Notes under the pieces: model-generated | Databases searched by the model: none | What the model was told of the DNA's origin: nothing | Seen by the model: only the letters and a program-made list of their open reading frames with translations | Part shown: positions 39,989 through 51,300 of the stretch, piece after piece | Layout: every line of letters begins with the position of its first letter | How positions within the stretch are numbered: the stretch's first letter is position 1 | Assembly (NCBI RefSeq): GCF_963676685.1 | Contig: NC_092344.1 | Coordinates: 99,138,001 to 99,202,000, forward strand | Length of the DNA stretch: 64,000 bases | Source: Mytilus edulis | Lineage: Eukaryota | Direction: 5' to 3' | Made by a program: the position numbers and the translations under genes

Positions 39989-41562
39989 GATCCGTTTGCG
40001 CCAAAAATGCGTCCTTTTGCGCCACAACTTTTTTTCTCCAATGGTACGTTTGCGTCACATGTTTTAAAATTACATAGTATCATTTGCGCCAAAAATAAAA
40101 CATACGATTGCGCAAATTAAGAGAAAAATGACTTCCCTACTCAGTCCTTTATTTGGACTTAGAACCGGCAGTTTTCACGGCAAATGTTTCCTTTTCTGAA
40201 ACATATTTTCTTTTCACTGCTGCTGCATGGGTACTTCCCAAATTAATGTATGCAGTAGCTTGTAACTTCACTTTTATTATCCAAAAACACAAACATTAAA
40301 GGTTGAAATGCATAAAACAGTAAAAACAAATGCTTCTATTTTTTTCTCTATTGGTATATATCTGTATTAAATATGTAGGACTCTAAAGTGCGATTGTACT
40401 CTAAAGTGCGATGGTCACGCTAAAGTGCGATGGTCTACGCTAAAGTACGATGGTGTCACGCTAAAGTGCGATGGTTGTTAGTTTGCTAAAGTACGATGGT
40501 AAAACACGCTAAAGTACGATGGAACACTAGGGTAATGTTTAAAGTTTAAAACATTAAAGTATATGGATGTTAAAACACAAGTCGTTTTGCAAAAGCTAGT
40601 AGGCCTATGCTAAGGTATAACATACGACTTACGGCTTAATTGTATCTAAATTTAAAGGTTTGACCACGTTATAATTGCTATAAAGGTAATGAAGTTGTCA
40701 CAAAGTACTATATTTCCTGTAAATGAGTTTTAACAAGTATGTGACGTATTGTATAATTGGTGTAGCTTGCCGTCCAAACAGTCTATTGATAATGTGAAAA
40801 CTTCCCCATACAGTCGTCATTGCAAATACAAAATTCGGCCAATGTTGGAATAAGTATAAATATTTTGTACAAGCTTTAATCTCAAAGTGCGAGAATACGG
40901 CGGTGTTCGCCTTGATTTATCCTTTTTCGTAGCGAGTACAAATTCATGTTATAATTTCTCTCAATGCACTAACTGATATTAAGGTCCACAATTTATAATA
41001 TTTCACTTTTTAAGCATGTACCTTTATTTTACCGGCGTTACAATAAAATTAGTCATTGACATTGTTAAACAATATTTGTAATTCATCTTCCGGCATGTTC
41101 ATTTTTAGTTTGTATCAATTAACGTCATAATCCAACTACGTTTCTGACATCTATACTTTCGCGGACCATCGGACTTTAGCGTATGGAGGCATCGCACTTT
41201 AGCCTATACCATCGCACTTTAGCGTTACCATCGTACTTTAGCGTCCCCATCGCACTTTAGAGTCCTACAAATATACAGCAAAGCAATAAGTTTTATTCTC
41301 TCTCTGTACATTGACTGTCTAATGCATTTTAAGTCGTTTCTCTGCAGATGTTCATCTTCATGGGGAAATATCTCCGAACATATGATACTTTTCAAGCCAA
41401 AAATAAGAATAAATATATAGCAATCATTAATATTTATGATAGATATGTGTACAGGTAAATTGGCGAAAATGAGTTTCGAATATTGGCGGAATTGATACTT
41501 TTGAAAATAAAATTTGGCGCAAATGATACCCCTAAAAAACAGTAATTGGCACAAAAAGACTG
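39989..41562. mobile_element. Decayed non-autonomous DNA element with subterminal TTTGCGCCAA / TTGGCGCAAA repeats
   Basis: ~5 left copies (39995-40115) and ~4 inverted right copies (41460-41560); hosts the 40374 element. Confidence 0.6.
40374..41269. mobile_element. Non-autonomous TIR element, TGT..ACA ends, 4-bp TSD (Ginger-like)
   Basis: TGTAGGACTCTAAAGTGCGAT / ATCGCACTTTAGAGTCCTACA; AATA on both sides; 7 left and 5 inverted right copies of CGCTAAAGT(G/A)CGATGG. Confidence 0.88.
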
Positions 41563-41605
41563 CTGTCATCACTATCCCATAGTAAAAATAAGCCAATAAC
41601 AATAC

Positions 41606-41732
41606 ATTGAAATTTTACCTGAAAGTTTTTGCTGTGACGACGCATTTATGGTAAAACAAAAGAAAAAATATTTCAACACCAACAAATGGACCTCTTCAAT
41701 GTTTGTCAAGTTTTTTGCAAATATACCGTAGA
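41606..41732 (+). repeat. ~130-bp direct repeat, copy 2
   Basis: See 39428-39562. Confidence 0.85.
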
Positions 41733-42033
41733 TTTTAAATCACTCGTAGCAAACCTCGCGTTTTTCTATTTAGTCGACTATTAAAATCTTGAAAGCTGTA
41801 GCTAACGAACAAAGGGATGTAACTCTATCGTACACGTGTTTTGTACACAACGAAAATTAAATACAGTATCTACTTCTTATCTTACTCTGAAATAAAAAAA
41901 ATAAAAAAGTGTAAAAAAAATGGCGAAAAACGTATATATCTGCAATGCAATTACAAGTGCGCCGCCTAAGCCCTATACATCTAAGATTTTTTAGTTTGAC
42001 TGTATTTATATATTATAGCGGTTGTAGGTTTAA

Positions 42034-42840
42034 AGACCAAACAGCCTATTCATTTCTACCAGTGATTTTTCCTTAAAATTTTGCGTGAAGGTATTTCATG
42101 ATTTAAGGAACAAAATATGATGAAAAAAATGGGGGTCACTGACTTTGTTTTGTCACTATAGCAACCTCAGTTTCGTGTTTTCCCGAGTATTAACATAATA
42201 TTTACTTGTTATCTAAACTCTCAAAAAAATCCTAAAATATCGAACCTACAAGCATAATTCTTGTTTCACGTTTTGCCAGATTGCAGGCTATAGACTTTGA
42301 TAAATTGTTGAAAATCATAGTTATAAAGTCGTACTTTTTTCTAAATGCTTTCAGATATTGGGCTGCCGGATTTTTGGTATGTGAGTTACCTATATGATGA
42401 GTTACAGATCAAGTTTAAGTTCCGCCGTCAGCTAATTTTTCCTGTAATTTCGGGCTTTGGACTTTGATAAATATTTGAAAATCACAGTTATACGGACCTT
42501 TTTTTTCTAAATGCTTTCAGAAATTGGCCTGATTTTTGGTATGCGAGTTACCTATGATGAGTTACAGATCAAGTTTAAGTTCCGCTCAGCTAATTTTTCC
42601 TGTAATTTTGGGCTTTGGACTTTGATAAATATTTGAAAATCGCAGTTATACGGACCTTTTTTCTAAATGCTTTCAGATATTTGACTAATTTTTGGTATGT
42701 GAGCTAACAATGATGAGGTCATGACAAATCAAGTTGAAGTTTCGTTCTGCTCCGCTAATTTTTGCCAAAATCAATAAGAGCTTTTTTGTCACTACCAAGT
42801 TGCGTTAGTTGATGTGCACAAACAATAGGCTGTTTGGTCT
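42034..42840. mobile_element. Kolobok-like non-autonomous element with internal ~160-bp repeats x3
   Basis: TTAA|AGACCAAACAGCCTATT ... AATAGGCTGTTTGGTCT|TTAA: perfect 17-bp TIR, TTAA TSD, RR..YY termini. Confidence 0.85.
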
Positions 42841-44511
42841 TTAAAAACATGTATTTAGTGTTCTTGTAAATATTCATATTCAAAACAATACTAATAAATG
42901 AGAGTTATCCCTTGTTTCGATATTGTCCCCCTTCATATAAAAGAACAAAGAGAACACCAGTTTACTGGAGTTTTGAGTAAGATTTTTCTATTCTGTTGCT
43001 ATCTAAAAATCTCAATTTACCAACTGGCCAAACAACTTCAGGAATAAAGTCGAACAGTATACAGCAAATAGAAACCCTTTGTAAATTGGTTCAAAGAGAC
43101 GTTCATTAGAAATACACATGTTGCTGAATAGTATATTTGTTTCTCGTTTATTTTTATCAAGGATTTGTATTGTTCTTGTTCAATACAAATCCTTGTTGTT
43201 ATATACATAAATCAGGCCGTTAGTTTTATTGTTTGAATTATGTTTTTATTTATATTTTGTCGTGATGGGGGCTTAAGTAGCAATTGAAGTTGGTCAAGTT
43301 TTATAGGGACGTGCAAGTATATAAAGCTCCTAACTTAAACGCAAATTGGTCTTTGGTGGAAACTGGTCTTATCAACAATCATATCAAATCATCTTATTTT
43401 AAATCTTAGATGAGCACGAGCTGGAAAGATTGCACATATTCGAGCAATAATACAGACGACCAAATATAACATAAAAAAAGAAAGAATAAAAAACACCGAT
43501 GAAAGGATAATAGTTTGTTTTTGAAAATTAAGCAGAACCTGAAAATATACCGTTACTGTTGAAAATCACATTTTAGAATACAGTTTCAAGACTTTTGACC
43601 ACGAACATAAAAAACAAATTTGAGAGATTTACAGCTATATTCATGCAGTCTTCTATAGTCAACTCCTTCGTTCCAATTCTGTTTGCACCCCGACAGAGAT
43701 CCGTTTGAACTAGATTCCGGTATAAAGAGCTACATACTTTGTTTTTAATTTATCAATAGTCTCGATCGTATTATAGCATAGGCCTATCCAAAATTGAATG
43801 GCATATTGTATCGTGTTTTTGCTGCTTAAAAAATGGATTACTTTGTTGATGGCTCTAAAACCCCGTAATCAAATGAGTACAAAACCGAAGAAATACTAAC
43901 ACGTCTAACAGGTCACCTCTTTGGCAATTTAGGCAACGCAAGCAACCCTTTGATTTTGGAAGAAAAAATGGCAGACGAGCATTTATATGACATAATTTTC
44001 TTCCTTGCGAATTTCAGAAGGGGCTGACATATGTCGTCGAAACTTTTCAAACAGGCTAGGTATTATATTCAATTGTACTCGAACAAAAACAGAATTCATG
44101 ATATCAAAAGTTTTTGAGGGCAAAGCCGACATGCTTATGCTTATATCTTGCTTTTAGTACTTCATTTTTGTGCTGTGAAATGTATTGCATGTGTATTATA
44201 TTATGTGTTGTATTGTTATAAATGTTGTATTGTTAAAAATGTCTCGTATGTCGGTTAAAAGCCCATTAGAGCTTATGTTTGTCTATGTTTGTATACCTTG
44301 CCGACTCTAAATAAAGCTTTAATATTTATATTTATTATATATAAAGGGTATCTTTTCCTAATGGACAGATATGTTATATTACATATCCTTTTGCCTCAAA
44401 CAAGAGAGACTTTGATATTTTTATTAACATAAAACATGCAAATTATGTATTTTTTCTGTTAGAGAAATATTTGAATAACAGACGAAAGTTATGTTATGCA
44501 AATCACAATCC

Positions 44512-44620
44512 ATCGCGATAGGGCAGCTTTATCCGAGAACTTTGGTTTAATTGCGATAGGGCAGCTTTATCCGAGAACGCTGGTTTAATCGCGATAGGGC
44601 AGTTTTATCCGAGAACGCTG
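44512..44620 (+). repeat. 38-bp tandem repeat x ~2.9
   Basis: GCGATAGGGCAG(C/T)TTTATCCGAGAAC three times. Confidence 0.9.
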
Positions 44621-44833
44621 ATGCGACTGTCATATAAGTGAGAGGTTTAGCTAGCTATAAAACCAGGTTCAATCCACCATTTTCTACATTAGAAAATGCC
44701 TGTACCAAGTCAGGAATATGACAGTTGTTATCCATTCGTTTGATGTGTTTGGACTTTTGATTTTGCCTTTTGATTTTGGACTTTCCTTTTTGAATTTTCC
44801 TCGGAGTTCAGTATTTTTGTGTTTTTACTTTTT
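44621..44833 (+). mobile_element. SINE-like interspersed repeat
   Basis: Core TGCCTGTACCAAGTCAGGA (similar to GCCTGTCCCAAATCAGGA at ~47262) and T-rich tail; recognised from memory as a common mollusc repeat. Confidence 0.55.
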
Positions 44834-47189
44834 AATAAGCTGACATTATTGTGATAAATTAATTGGTGTCAGTAAATAAATCTTATTTCTAATGTTTGTA
44901 ATTCTTGTGTTGATAATTAACGGGTTCATCAAAATGAAATCAATTGGTGCACTATTGCACAACTCGTTGCATCTCTAAATATTTGTTTATATCTAATTAA
45001 GAAGCATATGGTATGTGTTAACCGTCGATAGATGTCAGCTGGGGCTCCCTGACCAATTGCTTACTTTTTATTAATTTGTAAAATCCAATTAAACCCATTT
45101 CATATATATTGCGATACAATCAGTTGAAAAAAAATATATATCCCTCCTTTTCCATACGAATTCAAAGCACCCCTGTTAATTATTTGCTCCTCAGTTTCCC
45201 CAGTGTACCTCATTGTCTATTTTTGATCACTAATAACCAATACTTGATAATGATGATATTATTCACCCCTTTTTCGTTTCGAACCCGATACCTCTTTGGT
45301 TTCTCCGGTGGATGCCTTTGAATATATCTGAAACTATTTAGGTTGATCTTTATTTAAAGGTAAGAATGATAAAATATTTAATATTGTGCATGTCTGACCT
45401 TGAATTTTCTTGTGTTGATATACTAGTATATGATGGGGAAATAACTGCCTTGGTTAATGCTGTCGAAAGTAAACATAGGACAGCAGCAGTAACTTCTTCT
45501 GACAACTATTGTTACTTCTGTCGTGCTTTTGTTATTCGTTTTCCATTTCACTCAACAGCCTCGAGACGGAGTTAATAAATGAGTTGTAAATGTTCTGAGA
45601 GAAATTCCTTAAAACTTGACATGTTTTGTGGACAATTTAGTTACTAAAGATCATAAGACTAAATTTGCAAAGGGCATTATAGCGGAATTTAAAAAAATCA
45701 ACAAGTGTCATTACAAGAAATATCTTTTAAGACAATTTTGTGTGTTTCAGGAAATAAAACAGCATTAAATCATAAATTGTAAAGTGAGTGTGTGTCCTCT
45801 TTGTCGTTATACAAGTACATTATCATATAGTTTTGTCCAATTGGCTGCCCCCAGTATATGATGAGTTCATAGACCCAAATATTTGACTATCTGCGGTTAC
45901 TAGTATTCTTGTTTAAAAGTTTAACATTCGTTTGATATTAATCTAACGTTGTAGATTGGGATCCTTGAACAATATCTGCCCTGCGTCGGTCTTGGGCTGA
46001 TCAATTAACTAGAAACATGTCAGGCGAAAAGCTGAGAATGTCACTGGGATATAGAGTTTTTTCTTCATAAACTTTCCTGTTTATTTTTGGAAAATAAAAA
46101 TGGGTGTAATTATTCGTTGTCTTATAATTACTTATCTTACCAATTTATGATATAAGAACATAATGTCAAAAGTTTGACCCCTAGTTGAAAACATATGTAG
46201 TTAATCACTCTAAGGTATAATCATATGCTGTTTGTTTTATACTTTTGGCTAATAAGAGTCGTACATTATGTTTATATTGATTTCTTTAGGATGATCAAAA
46301 CCACCTGTTTTTACATCTTCACTAATCTTTGTGCAACATTCTGCTCCATTTGTTTTATATAACATTTTGCATCATACCACTTTAAGCCGAGAGAAACGTA
46401 TGCTCTTCTTTTTTAATCAGTCAGAGAAAAAAATATTCTTTTTTTACATTCTATTCTATACTAGCCACCAAAAGAAACGATACAATGCAGTGCATTTTCA
46501 TATATATTAAAATTGGATACACGGTACCAAGATATACAAAAAGGCCAAATTGGCCAGTATGTATATATACTCAGTTTTATTTTATGATACTTTGGTGTTC
46601 ACACTTGTAAATCGTTATTTAGTTGTGTATCGTTACTTTTGTTGACCCTTATATATTTGAAAATTAGAGACGGACAGTCGTTTATCATACAGGGTTGAAG
46701 CGAAAGGACAAATAAATCTAAATTTTGTAGACTAACGCAAAATTGAGGTTTTTAACAAAACATTCCATTAAATCTTGTGAGAATTTAAAAACCATCATCT
46801 TATCCACAGTATTTAGATGTCACGGCACTTCATAAGTCTCCCTTTGATCTGTTGATAGAATAAGTATTCATAAGTCATATACATATATATATGTGAAACA
46901 AATATTGTTATGAGCTTTTCAGGTAGAAGAAATAACATATTTGTTTTATAGATATGACCGACTGACAACTGAATGGAATTTCTTTAACAAAACAAACTGG
47001 AAAAGACATTACTAAGCTGTAAAACTTGTGCCTCATCCGTTTGTTTACGATGCCCTTTATGGGTTCTTGATTAGATTAATAAAATTCCGGTTATCTTTTA
47101 CCCTCTGATCAATAAAATATGTTCAAACTAACAAAACTAATAGACGTAGTCAGATAGCTATGCGTTTTTCTGTGTGTTTGTGTTAATTC

Positions 47190-47521
47190 CACACTGACTA
47201 AAGGTACATAGGAAGAGGGTTGAAATCTTACAAAAAGTGCTTAACCCCTGTCGCATTTTTGCGCCTGTCCCAAATCAGGAACCTGGTCTTTGTTAGTCTT
47301 GTATGTTTTTTTTTTTTTTAAATTTGATTTAATTATATGCTTCGGAGTTAAGTTTGACGTTCATTTTCGCTGACCTAGAGGGCATTATTGTTTATGGACC
47401 AGGTGGAGTCAGACTCCGAGTGCTGGATTTTCTAGCTGTGTTGAAGACCCGTTGGTGGCCTTTGGTTGTTTTCGGGTTGTTGTCTTTTTGACAAATTCCC
47501 GGTCCCCATTTTCAATTTTAT
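47190..47521 (-). mobile_element. Interspersed repeat family B, decayed copy
   Basis: Homologous to 51429-51522 and to the reverse complement of 56517-56735. Confidence 0.65.
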
Positions 47522-48150
47522 CAAGTATCCATCGGTCCTATAATATGAACAGATATTGAATTTTGACAAATTTAATCACCGACATTAATGATTTGATAAG
47601 AATAGATTATGAAGACTTTTGACATTTTTTATCCATATTCTGACATAGTTCTTTCCACTGAATTCGTCAATATATTTGTATCTACTATCAAATTTATTGC
47701 GTTGATGGGTTCAATCTGGTTAAAATGCAGATCAGGACAGATAGAATATGTTTCAATTGGAATTTCTAAACCTGCTGTAAACAGAATAGAGAATTCATAT
47801 TACACCATTAATCGAATTTATACTGCATCAACAGTAATTATACATTCGTTATAGTCAAGGGTAACGATCCAGTCCCCTCCTCCCCATCGTAACCCTGGTT
47901 AGCAAAAATGTAGTAATAAACCTTCAATCATATTCGGTCAAAATATGCAACAAGCTTTCTTTGAGCGGTACTAATTTTCCTGTACATAAGTCGAGTCATG
48001 TGTTTCTTAAATTAGAGTCCTTTCATTTGAATTGTTTGGTGACCGTTTATAGCTAATGTGTGTTGAGGATGCTCTTAATGTGTCTATATTCTTATCAATT
48101 TGTAATGTGTTGCTTATTTTGACTACTTTAGTTTCAGTGAAATTCTCACC

Positions 48151-48307
48151 ATGGCAGATTCCATCTGTTCAAGTTCTGACGAAGAGGAAATATTAACGTA
48201 TAAGCTTAGAATCCACGACGCTGACATTTCTGATTCGGGGAAATGGCAATGTGAAGTCAAGGATAAGTATGGAACTGTGTCGACAACATGTGACCTTGAC
48301 GTATTCG
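48151..48307 (+). CDS. Titin-like gene, probable first coding exon (half-Ig module 1)
   Basis: Kozak-like CACCATGG; donor G|GTAAGT; acceptors ending at 48131/48137. Confidence 0.8.
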
Positions 48308-51300
48308 GTAAGTCAAACATACTGTTTCGTTCTTGTCTACTTGAGTACTTCATCGCAGTTTTGAAATTATGAATACCCAAGCCTATAATTAAGTTTCACC
48401 GAATTCTATTTTATTTAAAATTTAAACATATTTTTTGTAATAGATAAGACTAACATCAACAGCACTGCAGTTCAAGAGTTGCCACCGTAAATCTGGGATT
48501 TGATGCCAGTCTCAAATATCAGATAACTTGACATTAAACCTAAAGCTTCATTTAAAGTCTTTATACATACAATGAAAGTCCATTACAAATAATAATCTAT
48601 AAAAAGCTATTAAAACCGGCAAAATGTGTTCTACTGTTTTACTGACTCCAATACGCATTGACGGTAAAACTTCGGTTGCAACTGGGCCGTCAAACCTATT
48701 TACGGCGGCAATTATTCACCTGCAGTACTGTTTTCCTTGTTGATGAACATAAGGAGGGATCAAGGGTTAGTCGCCCCCGAAACATTTTTAACTTGTTAAT
48801 GCTCATTAATGGAAACCTCAAATTTGACTTGAATCAGATTAAAACCAGACTTGCAATTTTCCAGCCGCATCAAATTTTATCCGGAATTTATCCAGAATAG
48901 ATTTCGTGACTTAGAAAAGAGACATCCGGTCTCGAAATTTTGTCATGATTTTGCTTGGGAGAAACATAAATATGTCTCACACATAGTAAATGAAGAAGTC
49001 TGACCCCTGTATCCTTGCATTCAGCTGAAAAACTGTTACATAATCATAAACATGAAATTAGCTCTGGGACTACTACCAAAAAAAGGGGGGGGATAGCAAC
49101 CTAGGATGAAAGAGGGGGGGGGGGGTCCAAAAAGATGTCCCCATTCAAATGGATTGATTGTCAAAAAAAGGGGGGTTCCACCACTGGACCCCTGACCCAC
49201 CACGAAAATTGATACCCCAAAAAATATATAAATGGCTGTATCTGTAAAGCAAAATTATATCCGGGTGAAATTTGATCCGGAGGAAAAAATGTCACAGTAG
49301 TTGTTGTTATTTTTTTATCCGGAGGAAACTATTTCCCTGGGATATTTTATCCTTTGTCGTGAAATTCTATCTGGGTAGTTAACTTATTGAATAGTTAAGT
49401 AAGAAAAAAATTATCCTTTAAAAATACAATGAAATTATAATAGTGTATTTGAAATAAAGCGAAATTGTTAAAAAATATTTATTATAATGGGAAATAATTT
49501 CACAAATTATCCTTGAAAAAATTTCCTGAAATATTCAAGTCCATATCATCCTTTTAAAAAGAAAATTATCATGAAACATAGGGAAGAAAATCAGAAGTAA
49601 TTTCAAAGATCATAATTGTGAAAATCATATCATGATTAAATTAGGTAAGTGAAATTCATGTAAAAGTGAGTTGTTTTCAGATCTAACTACAAATATAAAT
49701 TTAAAAGTAAGGTAGAAATATAGTTGCATATTGCTACTGTTAACAGTAATAAAATAATTTGATTATGATGATATTTTTAACTATATAAATAGTTTTGTCT
49801 GGGGACAGAGATGTAGTTGTTGATTATATGGAAATCGATAAATCAATTTGGAACAATAGCATGTTTAACAGCTGGATAGTTTTTACCTGTGAAATGTTAT
49901 CTGTCTTATTAAATCAAGTTGTAAGTCATCTTTTTATTTAAATGAATATATAAAAAATAAGATTCAAATAAAAATTTCGCTATAAAATAGATTCAGAAAT
50001 ATATTATATTAATGTCTTTGAAATATACATTGCTCATAATTACCTCCCTTTGATAAATTATGCAAATTTAGTCTACCTTTGTGAAACATTTTATAATTAT
50101 AGTCAGGTATATATTGATTGTGAGTAACTCTCATAGTAGTTACTGGGACTCTATTTCACACGGTTCTGTGAAATATAGTATGGCAAATTTATACCGGTAC
50201 ATACTATCCGCATAACACAGATTGATTTTCACTCCTCTGGAAAAAATTAACCTGTGAAATACCATGCCTGGAAAAAAATTACCGGGACAAATTATCCTCA
50301 GGATAAAATATCACAGAGGAAGAAATAAACCGTTACATATCCGCCTCTGATAACACCTTGATGTGTAATGAATGGCCTTGGGGAACTGGTCAGCAATCAC
50401 TGGAATACCATATAATACTAACAATAGAAGCATAAATAGAAAAATTAAGCACTGTTGCTAAATAGTATTTAGGTTCCAGACCGTATGAGTATTTGGACCT
50501 TACACGTACGGTCTGGACCGTATGCATACTTTTTCAAAATACGCATACGGTCGGACCATACGCGTACGGTCTGATTAACATTAAGAAGTTAGTCAAGTTT
50601 ATTAGATACAAATGTATATAACAGATCAACAGAACTTATGTCTCATATTAATGTAAAAAGTTCAATAGTAATGGAAATAAAAACTTAATATTTTAACTAT
50701 TTAAAATAATCACGCTTATTTAATCTGTTAATCTCCTGTATTTAGCATGTCAGTAATTCGTTAACTGCATGCAGTCCATTATGCTCATTGAAATTGAAGT
50801 TATCGGAAGTAAACATAATGTGGGGAGACAATTGTTATAGAATATTTAGGAACTTTACAAAAAAGGACAAAGGAACATGCATGAACAAATCATGTTAATG
50901 TAAAAGAAAATATGACGTTCCTTGTGGTACATTTGTAGCAAGTGTCACCTTGGTCCAGAGTAACACAATATGATTCAGAGATACAATTAAACAAATATTT
51001 AATGTCAATTGTTCGCTTATTCACTTTATTCATCTATTTGTAATAATAACAATTTGTATAACTAAAAATAAAGATTTTGATAAATGTTTGTTTAAATTTA
51101 ACCCATATGATCCTAAAACATGTCTGCTCAGCTGGACCGTACGCGTATGGTCGGACCGTACGCGTACAGTCCAAATACTCATATGGTCTGGAACATTTAT
51201 ATATTAAATTATGCATAAAAGATAGAGCACAAGGGTAGAAAAAAAAAGAATGAATTTCAGCTATGAGGCAGCACTTGATGGGATCCCCACACCAGAAACT

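Noticed and set aside
40381-40522. CRISPR-like short repeats with variable spacers
   Set aside because: Spacers are only a few nt and the motif recurs inverted at 41167-41262: subterminal repeats of a TIR element.
43860-44340. Possible LINE 3' remnant (AATAAA plus short tandem tail at ~44310)
   Set aside because: No recognisable RT or C-terminal motif upstream; evidence too weak.
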